A DNA stretch of 64,000 nt from Vicinamibacteria bacterium (GTDB taxonomy: Bacteria > Acidobacteriota > Vicinamibacteria > Marinacidobacterales > Marinacidobacteraceae): positions 1,088,001 through 1,152,000 of the forward strand of contig OZ219816.1 of assembly GCA_964291235.2 (NCBI GenBank). The letters are read 5' to 3'. A program made the position numbers and the translations under genes. Positions 8,283 through 16,127 of the stretch are shown here, piece after piece (within the stretch, counting starts at the first letter, position 1; every line of letters starts with the position of its first letter). The notes beneath the pieces are model-generated. The model searched no databases. It was not told where the DNA came from and worked only from the letters and a program-made list of their open reading frames with translations.

Positions 8283-9906
8283 TTGGCTGTCCCCCGCCGC
8301 GGACAACAACCACCGCCCGGTTCGGCGCCGGCGCGGGAAAGCGTTCCTCCGCCCCGTCGGACCACCGGACCGTCAGGCCTTCGATCGTGACGCCGGCGGG
8401 AAGTCCGAAGTGGGCTCTCGGATCCGAGGAACTCAGGTAGGAGACACCGGGGTTGGCGCGCGCGATGCGGATTCCACCCGAGGTGCGCAGCAAGACCGTG
8501 GCGCCGTGGTCGGGGACGCCCGCGGGTAGCTCTGCCGCCACCAGCAGCCACCCGGCGCCCTCGGGCGCGGTGTTTTCGTAGATGCGGGCCGGGCCCTCCA
8601 CCGCGGTGAGCACAAGATCGAGATCCCCGTCGCCGTCGAGGTCCCCGGAAGCCAGTCCCCGGCCGACGACGGGGACCTCGGTGAGTTCCGGCGACCGCGC
8701 GCCGACATCATGGAAGCGCTGACCGTCTCCGCCAAGAACGAGAGCCGGCTCCGCGTACTGCTCGAAGAACCGAACCTGCGGGGGTTCGCCGGCGGGGCGT
8801 GCGACCCGCCCGTTGGCGATGACCGCGTCGAGCACTCCGTCGTGCTCGAAATCCGCCAGGGCCACGCCGAATCCGGTCATCCGGAGGCCGAGCGTTCCCA
8901 GCCCGAGATCGATGGAGGCGTCCACGAAGCCGATGCCCGGTTCGGCCAGGTAGGCCGTATTGGTCTCGTCGGCGAAATGGGTGAGCAGGATGTCGAGGAC
9001 TCCGTCGCCGCTCAGGTCACCGATTTCCACTCCCATCCCCGCCTCGGGACGTCCGAAGCCGCTGAGCGCGGCGCCGAGCAGCAGCGCTTCTTCGATGAAC
9101 GTGCCGTCGCCCTGGTTCACCCAGAGGTGGTTGGCCTCGGTGTCGTTCGCGACGTAGAAGTCCAGTCGTCCGTCGCCGGTGAGATCCTGGCAGACCACTC
9201 CGAGGCCCCGCGCCGGGAGAGCAGCGATTCCGGCGTCTTCCGAGACCTCGACGAATTGCCCGTCACCGCGCCCCCGATAGAGGAGATCCGTCAGGCCGGA
9301 CACGGCGGTGGGATTGCAGTAGTCCTGTTCCCCGGTGGCTGCAAAGCACGGGAAATCCGGGTCGTAGTCCATGTAGCGGGTGACGAACAGGTCGAGACGA
9401 CCGTCCGCGTCGTAGTCGCAAAAGGTCGCCGAGGCGGACCAGCCGTCGTCCCAGCCACCTTGGTCGGAAACCCGGAGACCATCCGGGCCCGAATTGATAA
9501 GCAGCGTGTCTCGCCCGAACCCGGTTCGGAAGAGATCCAGGTCGCCGTCACCGTCCGCGTCTCCGGCGGCCACACCCATCCCGTAGGCGTCCACTTCGGG
9601 AAGCGCCGGGGCGGTCTCGAACCGGATCCCCGGCCCTCGGTTTCGAAAGAGCTGGTCGGCCCCGTCCCCCTGAACAAGATAGAGGTCGAGATCGCCGTCG
9701 CCGTCCTGGTCGAAGAGAGCGGCGCCCGACCCCATGATCTCGGGCATGAAGTAGTCCGGGCGGCCGTCGGCGTTTCTCCCGGTGCGGTGGGTGAATCCGG
9801 CGCCCGAAGTCGCGGTCACATCGGCGAAGCGCGGCTGCGCGGCGGCCGCCGAGCCAAGCGCGAGGGCACCCGCGAGGCCCCCCGCTGCGAACTTCCCGAA
9901 GATCAG
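8275..9906 (-). CDS. CRTAC1/ASPIC-UnbV family protein with FG-GAP-like repeats
   Basis: DxDGDGDLD repeats, GSGAALFD, EAGMG, C-terminal SYLSSSDPRAHFGL and VRWSDG. Signal-like segment is in frame back to a CTG at 9906; the ORF-track start is 9819. Confidence 0.85.
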   Translation of the reverse strand: MIFGKFAAGGLAGALALGSAAAAQPRFADVTATSGAGFTHRTGRNADGRPDYFMPEIMGSGAALFDQDGDGDLDLYLVQGDGADQLFRNRGPGIRFETAPALPEVDAYGMGVAAGDADGDGDLDLFRTGFGRDTLLINSGPDGLRVSDQGGWDDGWSASATFCDYDADGRLDLFVTRYMDYDPDFPCFAATGEQDYCNPTAVSGLTDLLYRGRGDGQFVEVSEDAGIAALPARGLGVVCQDLTGDGRLDFYVANDTEANHLWVNQGDGTFIEEALLLGAALSGFGRPEAGMGVEIGDLSGDGVLDILLTHFADETNTAYLAEPGIGFVDASIDLGLGTLGLRMTGFGVALADFEHDGVLDAVIANGRVARPAGEPPQVRFFEQYAEPALVLGGDGQRFHDVGARSPELTEVPVVGRGLASGDLDGDGDLDLVLTAVEGPARIYENTAPEGAGWLLVAAELPAGVPDHGATVLLRTSGGIRIARANPGVSYLSSSDPRAHFGLPAGVTIEGLTVRWSDGAEERFPAPAPNRAVVVVRGGGQPID

Positions 9907-11189
9907 CGCCGGAGCACCGATCGCGGACCGATGTCCGCCAGGCTCGGAGTTCCTGCGAGCTGCATCGCGAGCTTCAGCTCGTCACGGAGAATCCGGAGGA
10001 CGGTTTCGACCCCCGCTTCCCCGAAGGCGGCGAGTCCCCAGAGGTAGGCGCGACCAACCAGGATTGCGTCGGCGCCGAGCGCCAACGCCTTGAAAATGTC
10101 CACCCCGCGCCGAATGCCGCTGTCCATGATGACGGGAATGCGGCCGTCTATCGCCCTCACGACCTCGGGCAGACTGTCGATGGTGCCGATGCCGCTTTCC
10201 TCGGCGCGCCCGCCGTGATTCGAGACCACGATCCCGTCCACGCCGTGCTCGAGGCAGAGTTCGGCGTCCTCGGCGGTGACGATGCCTTTCAGGAGGACCT
10301 TCATGGACGTGATGTCCCGCAGGCGCTTCACGACGTCCCAGGTGAGACGGGGATTGTTGAGGCCGGCGAAGCGGCTGCGCCCGGTGATGTTCTCCACATC
10401 GATTCCGTCGAACATGCTCTTGCGGGAGACATAGCCCGCGAGTCCGGGCACGTGGCAAACCTCGCATTCCCGCTCATCCAGGCGGGCCGTAAGCGGCGTG
10501 CTGATCCGGTTGCTTCCGGCGGGGAGATCCACGGTCAGCGCTACCGCCGGACAACCGGCCGCTTCCGCCCGCGCCACGAGCTGTTTCGTAACCTCGAAGT
10601 TGGTGGTCGGGTAAAGCTGGTACCAGACCGGTTCGCCACGTGCCTCGTTGACTTCTTCCACCCCGGAGGTGGTCACCGTGGAGAGCAGTTGCAGGTGGTC
10701 CATCGTCCGTGCCGCCCGGGCCACGGCGACCTCTCCTTCGGGATGAAACGCCTTCTGACTCCCACAGGGGGCAATGCAGATGGGGGACGTCCAGCGCCGC
10801 CCGAAGAGTTCCACCGACATGTCGGGGTTCGAAACGTCCACCAGCCGGCGCGCTCGAATCCCGACTTTGTCCAGGGCCCGGCGGTTCGCAGCCAGAGTGC
10901 CTTCTCCGTCCACTCCGGTTGCCATGTAGCCGTAGTGGGCGGGCGGCAGGTTCCGTTCCGCCAGCACCCGGAAGTCGAAGATGTCCGCAGCTTCTTCGGG
11001 CGCGTTGATCGGTGTCCGGGGGAAGCGGTTGTAGCCGAACAGTTCCGCGCTCTGCTGCTGCGAACCGGTCTCATAGCCCTGGGCCGAGGCGCGCGGTTCC
11101 CAGCATCCGGAGCCAAGCAGCAACGGGCTTCCGGCCAGATAGCGCAGGAAACGGCGGCGATTCGGGTTCAGGTCGTGCGCGTCACGCAT
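9903..11189 (-). CDS. FMN-dependent alpha-hydroxy-acid oxidase/dehydrogenase (LldD/glycolate oxidase family) with Tat-like signal
   Basis: WYQLY, LTVD, LKGI, SNHGGR, DSGIRRGVDIFKALALGA, GRAYLWGL; N-terminal NRRRFLRY. Confidence 0.9.
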   Translation of the reverse strand: MRDAHDLNPNRRRFLRYLAGSPLLLGSGCWEPRASAQGYETGSQQQSAELFGYNRFPRTPINAPEEAADIFDFRVLAERNLPPAHYGYMATGVDGEGTLAANRRALDKVGIRARRLVDVSNPDMSVELFGRRWTSPICIAPCGSQKAFHPEGEVAVARAARTMDHLQLLSTVTTSGVEEVNEARGEPVWYQLYPTTNFEVTKQLVARAEAAGCPAVALTVDLPAGSNRISTPLTARLDERECEVCHVPGLAGYVSRKSMFDGIDVENITGRSRFAGLNNPRLTWDVVKRLRDITSMKVLLKGIVTAEDAELCLEHGVDGIVVSNHGGRAEESGIGTIDSLPEVVRAIDGRIPVIMDSGIRRGVDIFKALALGADAILVGRAYLWGLAAFGEAGVETVLRILRDELKLAMQLAGTPSLADIGPRSVLRR

Positions 11190-11428
11190 CGGGCTCCTCC
11201 TGACTGGCTCGCCATTGTGTCACTCGCCGGCTGCTAACCACTTGACGAACCGCGAGCGCCCCGGTCGGCGGGTTCCCCAGACGCCCGGCCTCCGCGATGC
11301 GGGACGACGGTCGTGGGGCGGTTCGCGTTTCGCAAACAAATCACACGGTATCATCGAGAATCGGCGGCTGGGCGGCGACGTGGCCGAACGGCTTGGACGC
11401 GCGCTCCGAGGAACCTGGAGGGGAACCC

Positions 11429-12808
11429 ATGAACACGGCGATGGACTTGACCAGGAGTGACAGTCGGCGCCAGACCGACGCACCGCTCTGGAGTCGGAGA
11501 TCTCTGATGCACTCGAGTTGCGCGGCCGCGTTCCTGGTCCCGTGGGCCCGCCTTGCGCATGCTGCCCTCGGTACGGGTGACGGAGGGGCGTTTTCCAGTG
11601 CTTCGGGACCGGCTGCCGGTGCCCAGGACCCGGTGCCGGGAACCGCCGGAGACGAAATCGTGCTCGGGACGTCGGCCGCCTTCACGGGTCCGTCGCGCGG
11701 GCTTGGGAACGAGCTCTACCGCGGTGCGATGGCGTACTTCAGGCACCTGAACGACAGCGGCGGAGTGGGCGGAAAACGGATCGCGCTGAAACTCTACGAC
11801 GATGGCTACCAGCCCGACCCGTGCGTCCAGAACACCCTGAAACTGATGCTGGAGGATCAGGTCTTCCTGCTGTTCGGCTACGTGGGGACTCCTACCGTAA
11901 CCCGGGTGCTTCCAATGTTGAAGAAGTTCCAGGACCAGCGGATCTATATGTTCTTCCCGTTCACCGGAGCGCAGCCGCAGCGGGAGCCGCCCTACGGCGA
12001 TTTCGCGTTCAACCTGCGCGCGTCCTACCGCCAGGAAACGGCTGGGTTGGTGGACAACTTCCTCGCCACCGGCCGCCGCCGGATCGCGGTGTTCTACCAG
12101 GCGGATGCTTACGGCCGGAGCGGATGGGCCGGAGTTCGCGCCGCGCTTGAGAACCACGGGGAGACCATTGCCGGCGAGGCGACCTATCAGCGCGGCTCCC
12201 GCTTCACCGGGACGATGCGCGCCCAGGTCGAGATCCTTCAGAAGGCATCGCCGGACGCCGTCATCTGCGTTGGGGCGTACGCCGCCTGCGCCGCCTTCGC
12301 CCGCGACGCTATTGATCTCGGACTTCGCGTCCCCATTGCGAACCTTTCGTTCGTGGGGAGCGAGAACCTGGTCAATCTGCTCAGCGAGGGGCGCGACGAT
12401 GCGGAGACCTATACGCAGTGGCTCGTCAACTCGCAGGTGGTGCCCAGCTACGAGGATGAGTCGGTTCCGGCGGTCCGGGAATACCGTGAGTTGATGGCGC
12501 GCCACAATCCCCAGATCCCGGAGCAGTTCGCGGACGAGCAGTACGAGCCGCTGCCACAGAGTTTCGTCAGCCTCGAGGGCTTCATGAACGCGAAGCTGAT
12601 GGCGGAGATCCTGCGGCGCTTCGACGGGGCTCCGACGCGGGCCGGCCTCGAAGAGGCGGTTTTCTCGATTCGGGACTTCGACCTCGGCATCGGCGAACAG
12701 GTCTCGTTCGGTCCCGACCGCCGACAGGGGCTCCAGCGCGTTTATTACACCGTCGTCGAGGAAGGCCGTTTCGTTCCCTTGACCGACTGGAACTCACTTC
12801 CCTCCTGA
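11429..12808 (+). CDS. Type-1 periplasmic binding protein (branched-chain amino-acid ABC-type SBP family)
   Basis: GTSAAFTGP, DDGYQP, GYVGTPT, FPFTGA, NLRASY, DAYGRSG. GGAGG RBS before ATG 11429; SRRSL twin-Arg-like leader. Confidence 0.85.
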   Translation: MNTAMDLTRSDSRRQTDAPLWSRRSLMHSSCAAAFLVPWARLAHAALGTGDGGAFSSASGPAAGAQDPVPGTAGDEIVLGTSAAFTGPSRGLGNELYRGAMAYFRHLNDSGGVGGKRIALKLYDDGYQPDPCVQNTLKLMLEDQVFLLFGYVGTPTVTRVLPMLKKFQDQRIYMFFPFTGAQPQREPPYGDFAFNLRASYRQETAGLVDNFLATGRRRIAVFYQADAYGRSGWAGVRAALENHGETIAGEATYQRGSRFTGTMRAQVEILQKASPDAVICVGAYAACAAFARDAIDLGLRVPIANLSFVGSENLVNLLSEGRDDAETYTQWLVNSQVVPSYEDESVPAVREYRELMARHNPQIPEQFADEQYEPLPQSFVSLEGFMNAKLMAEILRRFDGAPTRAGLEEAVFSIRDFDLGIGEQVSFGPDRRQGLQRVYYTVVEEGRFVPLTDWNSLPS

Positions 12809-12809
12809 T

Positions 12810-13574
12810 ATGAAAGTCCACAAACTGTTCCAGCGGATGCGGTTCGGCATCTTCGCGCTCTTCGGGCTGATCGTTCTCTCCACGTCGCTGCTCTGCATCC
12901 GGACCGTGGATACCGAACTCTCGGCGGAATACGCAGCCAACAGTCAGAGCATCGCGAAGACGATTGCCGACGCGAGCGTGGACATCCTCCTGAATCGGAA
13001 CCTGGCGACGCTGCAGTCGCTGATCGACCAGTTCGTCGAAGTTCAGGGGATCCGCTACATCTACATCACGGATGAGGAGGGCGAGTTCCTCGCCCATACC
13101 TTCGTGCCGGGGATCCCGGAACAGATCCTGGAGAGCGATCCCTTCCGCACGGAACCGATCGAGCGCAGCCTGCCGGGCATGGGTGATTTCGTCGAGGTCA
13201 GCAGTCCCATCCTGGCGGGAGTGGCGGGGACCGTGCATCTCGGCATGGACCTCGACCTCGTGGCGCTCAAGATCCAGCGGGCCATCGGCCAGCAGGTGTA
13301 TCTGATCTCGATCCTGCTGGTTCTCGGGATCCTGGCCTCCATCTGGCTCGTGAACCTCGTAGCGCGTCCGCTGGCCGAACTCCTTACCTATGCGGTGGAA
13401 ACCGCCAGACGTCCTCCGGAACAGAGAGCGCAGGTGGTTGCCAGGGAAGACCTGCTCGCACGTGACGATGAGGTCGGGCAGTTGGCGCGGCTGATCCTCT
13501 ACATGTCGCAAACCCGGCCGCCCTCGGGATCCGGCGCGCGTCCCGGCCCGGAAGAGGCGCGCTCCGCGGCGTAG
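12810..13574 (+). CDS. Two-TM sensor-like protein with HAMP domain and no output domain
   Basis: TM1, Cache-like periplasmic region (YIYITDEEGEFLAHTF, GTVHLGMD), TM2, HAMP (RPLAEL...DDEVGQLA), then stop. Confidence 0.8.
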   Translation: MKVHKLFQRMRFGIFALFGLIVLSTSLLCIRTVDTELSAEYAANSQSIAKTIADASVDILLNRNLATLQSLIDQFVEVQGIRYIYITDEEGEFLAHTFVPGIPEQILESDPFRTEPIERSLPGMGDFVEVSSPILAGVAGTVHLGMDLDLVALKIQRAIGQQVYLISILLVLGILASIWLVNLVARPLAELLTYAVETARRPPEQRAQVVAREDLLARDDEVGQLARLILYMSQTRPPSGSGARPGPEEARSAA

Positions 13575-13606
13575 TCGCCGGTGAGCCGTCTGGCTGAGGG
13601 AACGCC

Positions 13607-14929
13607 GTGATCCAACTGCCGCCGAACTTGTCCCGCTGGCTGGCGGTGACCGTGTGTACGGTGCTGCAGCTCTGCTTCGGGACGGTGTATGCGTGGAGCT
13701 TCTTCCAGACCCTGCTCGTCCGGCAGTCCGGCTGGACCTTCACCGAAACGGCCTGGGCGTTCAGTCTCGCCATCTTCTCGCTGGGAGTATCGGCGGCGTG
13801 GGCGGGCCAGGTGCTGCCGCGGGTGGGCCCGCGGAAGCTGGCCCTGGCCGGGAGCATGTTGTTTTGCGCCGGTTACCTGATCGCGGGCTTCGCGCTGCAA
13901 GTGGACAACATTCCGCTGTTCTGCCTCGGCTACGGCGTGATCGGGGGGATCGGGATCGGAATGGGCTACGTGACGCCGGTCGCCACGGTGGCCAAGTGGT
14001 TCCCGGAGAAAAAGGGACTCGCGACCGGCATCGTGGTCATGGGTTTCGGGGTGGGCGCCCTGCTGCTCAGCAAGGGCCTCGCTCCGGTTCTCGTCGTCCA
14101 GACGGCCGGAGATCTGCCCCTGGTCTTCTTCGGACTGGGCGCCATCTTCGCGATCATCCTGATTCCGGCGAGCCTTCTGATCAGCAATCCTCCGCCCGCG
14201 CCCGCAGCGGGAAGTCCGGGTGGCGGGGCCAGGGCCGGGGGCGCCGAGGAATCCGAGACGGTAAGGACATACCTCAAAACGGGACAGTTCCTGCTGCTCT
14301 GGATCGTCTTCTTCTTCAATATCGCCGCGGGCATCTCGATCATCAGTTTCCAGTCGGAGTTGCTGCAGGAAGTGTGGACCCTGGCCGACCCGTCGCTGGA
14401 GCCGGCGGTCCTCGCCCAGTACGGCGCGACCCTGATAGCGGTCAGTTCGTTGTTCAACGGCTTGGGACGTCTGTTCTGGGGGCTCCTGTCGGACCGGATC
14501 GGCCGGGTGAAAGTCTTCCGGACTCTGCTCGCCACCCAGATGGTCGTATTCGGCATCCTCATGACCGAAACGAACCCCTGGGTCTTTTCGATCCTCGTCT
14601 GCTATGTCCTGCTCTGTTTCGGCGGTGGCTTCGCCACCATGCCACCCTTCATCCTGGACACGTTCGGCGCCCGCCGGATGTCGGCCGTTTACGGCGCCGT
14701 GCTCACGGCGTGGGCGGCAGCCGGTATCGCCGGCCCGATGTACGTGGGCTACCTGAAGGACAGCTACCCCGACCGCGCGGTCATGTACTGCTTCCTGATC
14801 GGCATCCTCATGCTTGGCGGGGGGTATCTCTTCTCCTACCTGCTGAACGAAGAGAGGATCCGCCTCACGAAACCGACGATGGAGAGCACGCTCCGGGATT
14901 TCGGAATCGTGGCGCCCAAGAGTTCCTGA
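13607..14929 (+). CDS. OFA (oxalate/formate antiporter) family MFS transporter
   Basis: GTVYAWS, GIGMGYVTPVATVAKWFPEKKGLATG, FNGLGRLFWGLLSDRIGR; about 12 hydrophobic segments. Confidence 0.88.
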   Translation: MIQLPPNLSRWLAVTVCTVLQLCFGTVYAWSFFQTLLVRQSGWTFTETAWAFSLAIFSLGVSAAWAGQVLPRVGPRKLALAGSMLFCAGYLIAGFALQVDNIPLFCLGYGVIGGIGIGMGYVTPVATVAKWFPEKKGLATGIVVMGFGVGALLLSKGLAPVLVVQTAGDLPLVFFGLGAIFAIILIPASLLISNPPPAPAAGSPGGGARAGGAEESETVRTYLKTGQFLLLWIVFFFNIAAGISIISFQSELLQEVWTLADPSLEPAVLAQYGATLIAVSSLFNGLGRLFWGLLSDRIGRVKVFRTLLATQMVVFGILMTETNPWVFSILVCYVLLCFGGGFATMPPFILDTFGARRMSAVYGAVLTAWAAAGIAGPMYVGYLKDSYPDRAVMYCFLIGILMLGGGYLFSYLLNEERIRLTKPTMESTLRDFGIVAPKSS

Positions 14930-14942
14930 CGGGGTCCCGTCT

Positions 14943-16055
14943 TCAGAGGCGGATCCGCCGCACTACCTGGCCGTTGTTCTCCCAGGGGGTCGCCTTGTAG
15001 CGGGACGCCTCCTCTTCGGTCGGTTGCGCGCCTCCCGCGTCCCGCGCCCGAGAGACGAGGAGGTGTTCCCCCCGGTCCGGCGAAGGCCAGTTCATGCGGA
15101 AGTGCCGGAACCCGAAGCGATGGGGCGCCGGAAGGAGTTCGGCCGGCTGGAAGGGACCGCCGTCCACCCGGAGCTCGACACCGGTGATGTCGGAGGCCCC
15201 GTCGTTCCAGGCGAGCCCGTGGACGCGGAGGTCGGAACCCCGCGCCCGCTCGACGCGGGTGACGAGCGACTTGAGCCGCATCCGGCCGATGGCGCTCGCG
15301 GTGTGGAGGATCCCCGACGGGGTTTCCGCGCCGCGCACGGTCACGTAGTCCTTTGCCTGGTACCAGCCCGCGAAACGGGACGGCCAGACCTCGATTCGCT
15401 CCACCCACTTCACCTGGGAAACCCCGTAAAACCCCGGAACGATCAGCCGGAGCGGCCCGCCGTGGGGTGCTGGCAGGGGTTCGCCATTCATGGTGTCGGC
15501 GAGCAGCACCTCGGGTGAGAGCGCGTCGCCGACCGGCAGGCTGCGGGCGAAGCGGCCGGGGTAGCGGTTTCCGCGCAGGCGCTCGTCCGCCTGGTCCGCC
15601 CCGAAGAAAACAACCTCCCGGGCACTGGAGTCGACAATGCCATCGAGAAGCGGCGCGAGTCGAACCCCTCCCCAGCGGGCGGCGCCGACGAGGCCGTGCA
15701 TTCCGATCCCTCCGTTGCCGCAGCATTCGAACGCCGCCACGGATTCCGCGCGCGGGAGGGCGGCGATTTCACCGAGGCCGAGGGTGCGGGCCGGGGGGAC
15801 GCCGGGGCGGCCGATGGACAGGTTGAAACCGGCGGCCGCGACTCTCGGAACGTCGCCATGGTGGAGGACGAAGAACTCGTCGTTGGGGACGACATCCGCG
15901 GTGACGCGGGTGAGATCCGTGTAACGGGCGCGGGTGCCGGACGGCAGGGGTTCGAGATCGCTCCAGGGGAGGGCGCTGCCCTGGTTGCCGCTGACTCGAA
16001 ACGGGTACGCAGCGGCCAGGGCGGCCAACGCGGCTAGAACGCGGCGCCGATTCAC
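14943..16055 (-). CDS. Sulfite-oxidase family molybdopterin oxidoreductase with Tat-like signal
   Basis: FFVLHH, ECCGNG (Mo-Cys), FARSLP, MNGEPLPAPHGGPLRLIVPGFYG, VKW, SRARD. GTG start gives MNRRRVL. Confidence 0.85.
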   Translation of the reverse strand: MNRRRVLAALAALAAAYPFRVSGNQGSALPWSDLEPLPSGTRARYTDLTRVTADVVPNDEFFVLHHGDVPRVAAAGFNLSIGRPGVPPARTLGLGEIAALPRAESVAAFECCGNGGIGMHGLVGAARWGGVRLAPLLDGIVDSSAREVVFFGADQADERLRGNRYPGRFARSLPVGDALSPEVLLADTMNGEPLPAPHGGPLRLIVPGFYGVSQVKWVERIEVWPSRFAGWYQAKDYVTVRGAETPSGILHTASAIGRMRLKSLVTRVERARGSDLRVHGLAWNDGASDITGVELRVDGGPFQPAELLPAPHRFGFRHFRMNWPSPDRGEHLLVSRARDAGGAQPTEEEASRYKATPWENNGQVVRRIRL

Positions 16056-16127
16056 CGCACCGGCTCTTCCGGCGGCCACCGGTCCCCTGAGGGACCGGCG
16101 GCCAACTCTCTCAAGGAATGACTACGC

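Noticed and set aside
11222-11237. Another TAGCAGCC TIR-like end
   Set aside because: Only about 8 bp match and no partner end was found; could be chance.
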